Origin: Pseudomonadota bacterium
GTDB lineage: Bacteria; Bdellovibrionota_G; JALEGL01; DATDPG01
Direction of reading: 5' to 3'
Assembly: GCA_043804515.1 (NCBI GenBank)
Contig: JAZDIZ010000194.1
Location: 1-23,716 of the forward strand
DNA: 23,716 nucleotides
The notes under the pieces were generated by a model. The model searched no databases, was not told where the DNA came from, and worked only from the letters and a program-made list of their open reading frames with translations. Position numbers and translations under genes: made by a program. This document shows positions 17,757-23,716 of this stretch, piece by piece (the stretch's first letter is position 1; each line of letters starts with the position of its first letter).

Positions 17757-17759
17757 GCT

Positions 17760-19538
17760 CTACCTTTGGAGATGCCTCAGGGCGCTCTCGCACAGCAAGC
17801 GCACGACTTTGTTCTTGGCCTTGGCTCCGGCTTGAAGGACTTGAAGCGCTTTGGGTGTGGCCACGACCTCTAGGCCGTATGCGGCCAGCCGGCATTGCTC
17901 ATCGATCTCGGGTTTTCGAAACCAAACCCGCGTATTCAGGAGGGACTCCAGATGCGGGAGAAAATCGTCCTTGGCGACCCGGGCGACGCAGGCGATGAAA
18001 GCCTTTCTTTCCGCAAACGACTTCTGCTTGAAGTCCGGCCGATTGAGGAACGCCAACACCTGGCGGGCTATTTCCTTATCCGTGGCGCCGGAAAGAATCT
18101 TGAGCGCGAGGAGGCGAATCTCTTCGCTGGGGTCCTCCAGGAGGCCGTACAGGAGCTTGAAGGATCTCGGGTTCGGATAGTTTTTGAGAACTTCGATCGC
18201 CTCCTTTCGGCAGGGTCCCTCGTTCCGCGCAATGAAAGGGGCCAGCAGATCCACAACCTTCTCGTTCTTGAGATGAGCCACGATCTCAATGGCCGTCTCC
18301 ACGACTTGCGGGTGCTTGGAAGAAAGCATTCGGGAAAAGAGTCCCACATCGCCCTTGTGAAGCGTCGCCACCCCGCGCGCGGCCGCCCGGCGAAGAAGAG
18401 GGTCCGTCACCTCCGGGATCAGGTTCAGGAGTGTGGGGACTAACCCCGGATCCAACATTCCAAACAGCTTCTCGACATCGGAAGGGCCGCCCCGGTGAGG
18501 TTGGGACAGGGAATGGCAAAGGAGGCTCGTCCGCGGGCCGGGCCACAGGATCTTGAGAGCCCATGAGAGGAATTGAGGGTCGCGTTTTGCGAGCTCGATC
18601 GGACGCGATGGAAACTCGTGCGCCTGTTCCATGATCAGGGCGACGATGTGGAGTTCCCCCTTCGTCAGATTCTGATCCAGGAGTATGCCCAGGGCCCCCA
18701 ACACTTTTTCGAACTCCGTCTTATCCTGTTCCTGCTGCAAAACGGCCAAGAGCATGTCCACGAAATCAAGGGCCAGCCGCTCCGGCCGCTCCGATTCCGC
18801 CATATCCTCCCGAATGGCCTTAAGCTCGTCATCCGCAAGCACAACGCGATCGGAAAACATCTGCCCGACGCCCTTCACATTCAGGGCGATCTTGAGCTCG
18901 TCCGAGTCGGCGCCTTCATAGGCGGGCTGGCCACCGCCCCCTTGCGCGCGCGGCTGATACCCGCTCATCCCGGAGTCGAGGATTTCCTCCACCCTGTTTT
19001 GGGCGGTTCGCTCATCGCCGGAAGTGTCCTCCACGATGCTGTCGGCCACGCTGTAGTGGATGTGCTCGAATTCTTTCTCCCAGAAGCGCGTTACGGAGTC
19101 CGAATCGTCGGCCGTGGACGCGGTCGTGGCGGCGGCCGTTACCGCCTCGAGAAATTCGAACAGCTCCGTCTCGGTCAACCCCGGTCGAAAACCGAGGGTG
19201 CGAATCCCGTCGTTGAACAGGCGGAACGCAAAGCTATCCTGCTGGTTCTCGTTTTCGTAGACCGGCGTGGCGCCCAACATAAGGCGGTAGGGTTCCACGC
19301 GGATCGACACCGCTCCGAACCGCTCCAGATGGGACGTGAAAAGGGTTTGCAGCTCCTGTCGATGGCGCACCAAGATCGGATGAGTGGCGGCGTAAAGGCG
19401 CTGAGAGCGGAGCGCGCGATCGAGGGCCAGGACGATCCCTTTGATGCCTTCCACGATCGCAAGGTCTTCCGCGGATTGGGAGGGCAACTCGTCAGAGGTG
19501 GAATTTGTTGTTGGCATCGGTCCGGAAGAAGGAATCAT
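17760..19538 (-). CDS. HEAT-repeat protein
   Basis: C-terminal helical repeats (LLEDPSEEIRLLALKIL etc.) and an N-terminal LYxxxHP...GIRTLGFRPG domain. Confidence 0.85.
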   Translation of the reverse strand: MIPSSGPMPTTNSTSDELPSQSAEDLAIVEGIKGIVLALDRALRSQRLYAATHPILVRHRQELQTLFTSHLERFGAVSIRVEPYRLMLGATPVYENENQQDSFAFRLFNDGIRTLGFRPGLTETELFEFLEAVTAAATTASTADDSDSVTRFWEKEFEHIHYSVADSIVEDTSGDERTAQNRVEEILDSGMSGYQPRAQGGGGQPAYEGADSDELKIALNVKGVGQMFSDRVVLADDELKAIREDMAESERPERLALDFVDMLLAVLQQEQDKTEFEKVLGALGILLDQNLTKGELHIVALIMEQAHEFPSRPIELAKRDPQFLSWALKILWPGPRTSLLCHSLSQPHRGGPSDVEKLFGMLDPGLVPTLLNLIPEVTDPLLRRAAARGVATLHKGDVGLFSRMLSSKHPQVVETAIEIVAHLKNEKVVDLLAPFIARNEGPCRKEAIEVLKNYPNPRSFKLLYGLLEDPSEEIRLLALKILSGATDKEIARQVLAFLNRPDFKQKSFAERKAFIACVARVAKDDFLPHLESLLNTRVWFRKPEIDEQCRLAAYGLEVVATPKALQVLQAGAKAKNKVVRLLCESALRHLQR

Positions 19539-19624
19539 AGCAAATCGCCAAGAACTGGCCCACCACGCTCTTCATTGATAAGTCGAGAAAAAGGCCTAAC
19601 CTTTGTGAAAGGAGCAGGAACTTC

Positions 19625-20161
19625 GTGACCCGCAGTCGTTTTATATACGTGTTGGCCTTTCCCGTGGTGGCCTTCGCGTTATGCGTTCTCTCGTACTTCA
19701 TGGGATACAACCGCGGGAAACAGGCCGCAACGGTGTCGGCAAGGACCGCAGTGGAAAATCTGGTGCCGGCCGACCACGAATCGTCCGGCGAGTTGACGTT
19801 CTTCAAGACACTGCGGGACCAGAAGCCTCCTGCGGAAGGCGCCGTAGCCCCGCGAAGGACCCCGTCTCCCGAGGCCAAACCGCTTCGGCTCGCCTCGGCC
19901 GAGGAATCCTCCTCAGGCTCATTTGGCGTGCAAATCTCGGCCTTCAAGGACATCGGCAAAGCTCACGAACTGGTGGACGATCTCAAGACACGGGGCCATT
20001 CGGCGTATGTGGTGTCGGGGAAGACAAAGGGAAAGGAATGGCACAGGGTGTATGTCGGTCCCTTCCCGTCCAAGGAGAAGGCTCAGGCTGCACTCCAGGA
20101 GTTGGAGAAGGATGGCTTTCATAATGGATTTGTCACGACCGTCGAAACCGGAACCCGCTGA
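19625..20161 (+). CDS. SPOR-domain membrane-anchored protein (FtsN/DedD-like)
   Basis: N-terminal TM, ELTFFKTL, and a C-terminal FGVQISAF...WHRVYVGPFPSKEKA. Confidence 0.85.
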   Translation: MTRSRFIYVLAFPVVAFALCVLSYFMGYNRGKQAATVSARTAVENLVPADHESSGELTFFKTLRDQKPPAEGAVAPRRTPSPEAKPLRLASAEESSSGSFGVQISAFKDIGKAHELVDDLKTRGHSAYVVSGKTKGKEWHRVYVGPFPSKEKAQAALQELEKDGFHNGFVTTVETGTR

Positions 20162-20864
20162 GCGAATCATCCTGGCCCTGGATCTTCCCGATTGGGAAGG
20201 GAACCTAGGCATCCTTCGCGCGCTCAAGGGGCGGGTGCGATGGGCCAAAGTAGGGCCGATCCTGTTTTATCGCGGGGGCTTCGAGGTGCTTCAGCGCTTG
20301 CTGGACATGGACCTAAGGCTTTTTCTGGATCTCAAGTTTCATGATATTCCCAGTGTCGTGGCGGGAGCCGTCGACGCTGTCTTAAGGAAGTGCGCGGTGC
20401 AGATGCTGACCGTTCATGCCTCCGGAGGCGTCGCGATGCTGAGAGAGGTAAGGGCTTCGCTGGACCGGATGCCGGTAGGGGAACAGCCCAAGCTCTTGGG
20501 CGTCACGGTATTGACGAGTTTGGAAGCGAGTGACCTTGCCACGCAGGGCATCCACGGCTCGCCGACGGATCAAGCGGCTCGTTTGGCCCGAATGGCGATC
20601 ACGGGCAAAGCGGATGGAGTGGTCTGCTCGCCTCGGGATATCGGGGCCGTCCGAAACGAAGTTGGAACCGAGCCTCTCATCGTCGTGCCCGGTATCCGGG
20701 CGGGTTCTGTGGGTGGATCGAAGGACGACCAAGTCCGCACGGGATCCGCTGCCGAGGCGATCCGAAGCGGCGCCAGTTATCTCGTTGTGGGCCGCCCCCT
20801 GCTCCTTGCGAAGGACCCGGCGGAGGCCTTCGCGCTTCTGGAAACGGAAGTGGCGGAGGCATGA
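20124..20864 (+). CDS. pyrF: Orotidine-5'-phosphate decarboxylase
   Basis: IILALD, FLDLKFHDIP, LTVHASGG, VTVLTS, VPGIR and VVGRP motifs. The start could instead be the ATG at 20112. Confidence 0.95.
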   Translation: MDLSRPSKPEPAERIILALDLPDWEGNLGILRALKGRVRWAKVGPILFYRGGFEVLQRLLDMDLRLFLDLKFHDIPSVVAGAVDAVLRKCAVQMLTVHASGGVAMLREVRASLDRMPVGEQPKLLGVTVLTSLEASDLATQGIHGSPTDQAARLARMAITGKADGVVCSPRDIGAVRNEVGTEPLIVVPGIRAGSVGGSKDDQVRTGSAAEAIRSGASYLVVGRPLLLAKDPAEAFALLETEVAEA

Positions 20865-21610
20865 AATCGGACCGTCTGGATTTGACGATTTGGGGCCGCC
20901 ACGCCGTCCGAGAGGCGCTCGCGTCCGCGCGTGCCCACGTACAGGAGCTCTTTACCTCCGACGTTGATAAGGTCACGTCGGACTTGGAAGAGGAGGCCCG
21001 GAAACGAAGCGTCCGCATGCGCAGGATGGCCCGAACCGAAATGGACGGACGGTTCGGAACGGACAAGCACCAGGGGGTGGGCGCGAGGGTGGAGCTGGAG
21101 ATCTGGGCCACGCTTCGTGAATGGATCGCCGTTCAGGCCCGTACCGATGAAGCCTGGACGGTTCTGGCACCGGATGAAATCCAGGATCCACAAAATCTCG
21201 GAACGCTGATCCGATCGGCCCACTTCTTCGGCGCGAGCGCCTTGATTCTGACAAAAGACCGGTGTGCCCCGATCACAGGGGTTGTGGGGAAGGCGTCGGC
21301 CGGCGCGGTTTTTTCTCTGCCGATCATCCGCGCCACAAATCTGGCACGAGAACTCGAGACGGCGGGGGAAGAGGCATTCTGGCGCGTCGGTTTGTCAGCG
21401 GAGGCTCCGAAGGCGCTTTCCGGCATCGACCTAAAGAAAGGACGGACGCTGCTGGTGCTGGGAAGCGAAGGGGAGGGCCTGCGGCCCTTGACCTCAAAGC
21501 GGTGTGACGAGTTGGCCTCCCTGCCGGGCACCGGCGCCCGAGACAGCCTGAACGTGGCCATCGCGGCATCGATCGCGCTTTACGAGATCTCGCGCCAACG
21601 ATCCGCCTAA
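20861..21610 (+). CDS. rlmB: 23S rRNA (G2251-2'-O)-methyltransferase, TrmH/SpoU family
   Basis: WGRHAVREAL, HQGV, IQDPQNLGTLIRSA, LGSEGEGL and SLNVAIA motifs. Confidence 0.9.
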   Translation: MKSDRLDLTIWGRHAVREALASARAHVQELFTSDVDKVTSDLEEEARKRSVRMRRMARTEMDGRFGTDKHQGVGARVELEIWATLREWIAVQARTDEAWTVLAPDEIQDPQNLGTLIRSAHFFGASALILTKDRCAPITGVVGKASAGAVFSLPIIRATNLARELETAGEEAFWRVGLSAEAPKALSGIDLKKGRTLLVLGSEGEGLRPLTSKRCDELASLPGTGARDSLNVAIAASIALYEISRQRSA

Positions 21611-21743
21611 CGCGCGACTGCCAACCAGGGTTTTCCGGGTGGTTTTCTCAAGAGGGGGCGGCTAGGCCCCAACGCCCTATTGGCGGGTTTGCCGCGGACC
21701 GGAAAAAACGGCAAAAAGGAGAATGATTTTGTGCTGTTCTTTC

Positions 21744-21779
21744 TTGACAGCCCCCCCGTTTTTACCTATAAACCCGCGC
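21744..21779 (+). promoter_or_regulatory. Sigma70 promoter of the tRNA-tuf operon with GC-rich discriminator
   Basis: TTGACA (21744-21749), a 17-bp spacer, TATAAA (21767-21772), then CCCGCGC. Confidence 0.85.
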
Positions 21780-21852
21780 TTCGATTCGAAAAGTGCCTTG
21801 CGGGCCAGGCGGAAGTGTCTGAATTTATTTCGCTTTTTGCAAGGCGGATGCG

Positions 21853-21928
21853 GCTGGCGTAGCTCAATTGGTAGAGCAGCTGATTTGTAATCAGCAGGTT
21901 GCGGGTTCGAGTCCCATCGCCAGCTCCA
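21853..21928 (+). tRNA. tRNA-Thr(TGT)
   Basis: Acceptor GCTGGCG/CGCCAGC, anticodon loop TTTGTAA, GTTCGA T-loop and encoded CCA; 76 nt. Confidence 0.96.
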
Positions 21929-21935
21929 TTTGGGC

Positions 21936-22022
<87 letters not shown>

Positions 22023-22092
22023 GAAGCGATGTCGGTGGAGAAAGGCAGGATTAAGGGTTAATCCCTAAGGGTTAATCCTTAAACGTTGAGCG

Positions 22093-22168
22093 GCGGGGAT
22101 AGCTCAGTTGGTAGAGCGTCAGCCTTCCAAGCTGAGGGTCGCGGGTTCGAATCCCGTTCCCCGCTCCA
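22093..22168 (+). tRNA. tRNA-Gly(TCC)
   Basis: Acceptor GCGGGGA/TCCCCGC, anticodon loop CTTCCAA and CCA end. Confidence 0.96.
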
Positions 22169-22284
22169 AGCTGTGCTGGATACCGGTCTCAGGTCGAATC
22201 GAGCGGTCGTTGAAAAGGGAACGGATGAAAGAAATTGAGAAAAGCTGTTTGGCTAAGTCCCCGGCGGAGAGCCGTGGGACGTAC

Positions 22285-22360
22285 GCCCAAGTAGCTCAGT
22301 TGGCAGAGCACTTCCTTGGTAAGGAAGAGGTCATCGGTTCGATTCCGATCTTGGGCTCCA
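22285..22360 (+). tRNA. tRNA-Thr(GGT)
   Basis: Acceptor GCCCAAG/CTTGGGC, anticodon loop TTGGTAA and CCA end. Confidence 0.96.
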
Positions 22361-22391
22361 CTGTGAACCATCAATAAGGAGAGTCGGGCAT

Positions 22392-23594
22392 ATGTCGAAG
22401 CAAAAATTTGCGCGCACTAAACCGCACGTCAACGTCGGAACAATCGGTCACGTGGATCACGGAAAGACCACACTAACGGCGGCGATCACGAAGGTGCTGT
22501 CCCTGAAAGGGCTGGCTACGTTCAAGTCGTACGACGACGTGGCTAAAGCCGACGCGAAAACCTTCCGCAGAGACGCGACCAAGATTTTGACGGTGGCTCT
22601 GGCTCACGTCGAATACGAATCGGAGAAGAGGCACTACGCCCACATCGACTGCCCCGGCCATGCCGACTACGTGAAGAACATGATCTCGGGCGCGGCGCAG
22701 ATGGACGGCGCCATCCTGGTCGTGAGCGCGGTGGACGGCGTCATGCCCCAAACCCGCGAGCACATCCTTTTGGCCCGCCAGGTGAACGTTCCGGCCATCG
22801 TGGTCTTCATGAATAAAGTGGATCTGGTGGACGACAAGGAACTCCTGGATCTGGTGGAACTGGAAGTCCGCGAGTTGCTCTCGAAGTACGAATTCCCCGG
22901 CGACAAGATCCCCGTGGTCCGAGGTTGCGCGACGAAGGCCCTGATCAATCCGACGGGCGAGGATGCCAAGTCCATTTGGGACCTGATCAAGGCCCTGGAC
23001 GACACCATCCCCGAGCCGTTGCGGGACATCGACAAACCGTTCCTGATGCCGATCGAAGACGTGTTCTCGATCGAAGGCCGCGGGACCGTCGTGACCGGCC
23101 GCGTGGAGCGTGGGGTCATCAAGGTGGGTGAGGACGTAGAGGTCGTCGGCCTCCGCCCCACGCAGAAGACCGTTGCCACCGGCGTAGAAATGTTCCGCAA
23201 GCTGCTCGATCAGGGGCAGGCCGGCGACAACGTCGGACTTTTGCTCCGCGGCACGAAGCGGGACGACGTCGAGCGCGGCCAGGTGGTCTGCAAGCCGGGT
23301 TCGATCACTCCCCACACCAAGTTCAAGGCCAAGGCCTACATCCTGACCAAGGATGAGGGAGGCCGACACACCCCGTTCTTCAAGGGGTACCGCCCGCAGT
23401 TCTACTTCAGAACGACGGACGTGACGGGCGTCTGCGAGCTTCCGGCGAACGTCGAGATGGTCATGCCGGGCGATAACACGGAGATGTCCGTGGTGCTGAT
23501 CTCGCCCATCGCAATGGAGAAGGAAGTCCGTTTCGCCATCCGAGAGGGAGGCCGGACGGTAGGCGCCGGAATCGTGACCGAGGTGATCGCCTAA
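22392..23594 (+). CDS. tuf: Elongation factor Tu
   Basis: [25 protein letters not shown] and [13 protein letters not shown] motifs, with an AAGGAG RBS. Confidence 0.99.
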   Translation: MSKQKFARTKPHVNVGTIGHVDHGKTTLTAAITKVLSLKGLATFKSYDDVAKADAKTFRRDATKILTVALAHVEYESEKRHYAHIDCPGHADYVKNMISGAAQMDGAILVVSAVDGVMPQTREHILLARQVNVPAIVVFMNKVDLVDDKELLDLVELEVRELLSKYEFPGDKIPVVRGCATKALINPTGEDAKSIWDLIKALDDTIPEPLRDIDKPFLMPIEDVFSIEGRGTVVTGRVERGVIKVGEDVEVVGLRPTQKTVATGVEMFRKLLDQGQAGDNVGLLLRGTKRDDVERGQVVCKPGSITPHTKFKAKAYILTKDEGGRHTPFFKGYRPQFYFRTTDVTGVCELPANVEMVMPGDNTEMSVVLISPIAMEKEVRFAIREGGRTVGAGIVTEVIA

Positions 23595-23595
23595 G

Positions 23596-23716
23596 ATGTA
23601 CAGCATCATCCAACTGGAGTGCACCGCGTGTAAGCGGCGGAATTACTCGACGACAAAGAACAAGCGGACCCATTCGGAAAAGCTTGTGATGAAGAAGTTC
23701 TGCCGTCACTGCCGCA
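23596..23716 (+). CDS. rpmG: 50S ribosomal protein L33, zinc-ribbon form (runs off the window end)
   Basis: Manual translation gives MYSIIQLECTACKRRNYSTTKNKRTHSEKLVMKKFCRHCR, with two CxxC pairs. It follows tuf directly. Confidence 0.93.
   Translation, partial: MYSIIQLECTACKRRNYSTTKNKRTHSEKLVMKKFCRHCR

Noticed and set aside
16353..19628. Long antisense ORFs (16353-17645, 18573-19628; likewise 3650-4447, 7344-8225, 15134-16048, 22473-23624)
   Set aside because: These are shadow ORFs opposite well-supported genes, as expected from high-GC codon bias.
19923..20111. Long N-terminal extension of PyrF
   Set aside because: It overlaps the SPOR gene in another frame, and PyrF homology begins only at ERIILALD.

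Overview
This is a GC-rich bacterial chromosome segment. The gene content (TIGR02147-type regulator, HEAT/HD-GYP pair, PilZ) suggests Bdellovibrionota/deltaproteobacterial affinity, which is an inference. The right half (~12.4-23.7 kb) is housekeeping: a minus-strand run (HEAT protein, HD-GYP, infA, DUF502, smpB, copA-type ATPase, DUF59/SufT), then SPOR-pyrF-rlmB, a sigma70 promoter, the tRNA Thr-Tyr-Gly-Thr cluster, tuf and the start of rpmG. The left half is accessory: small secreted proteins, a 5'-truncated Ski2/Hel308-like helicase, an AbiEi/AbiEii type IV TA pair, LysR, a kelch lipoprotein, PilZ and TIGR02147. The most striking signal is non-coding and occurs as two homologous composite elements, at ~1-518 and ~4618-5546. 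Each has a 14-bp core (GCCCCCCGCCTCCA) resembling a tmRNA 3' end, a covarying 44-bp hairpin, an array of 3 or 5 shuffled ~80-nt foldable modules, and a shared terminal motif. The second copy is preceded by att-arm-like phased repeats. The two cores bracket a 4.7-kb cargo block with no integrase, which suggests a tandem cassette-like system.
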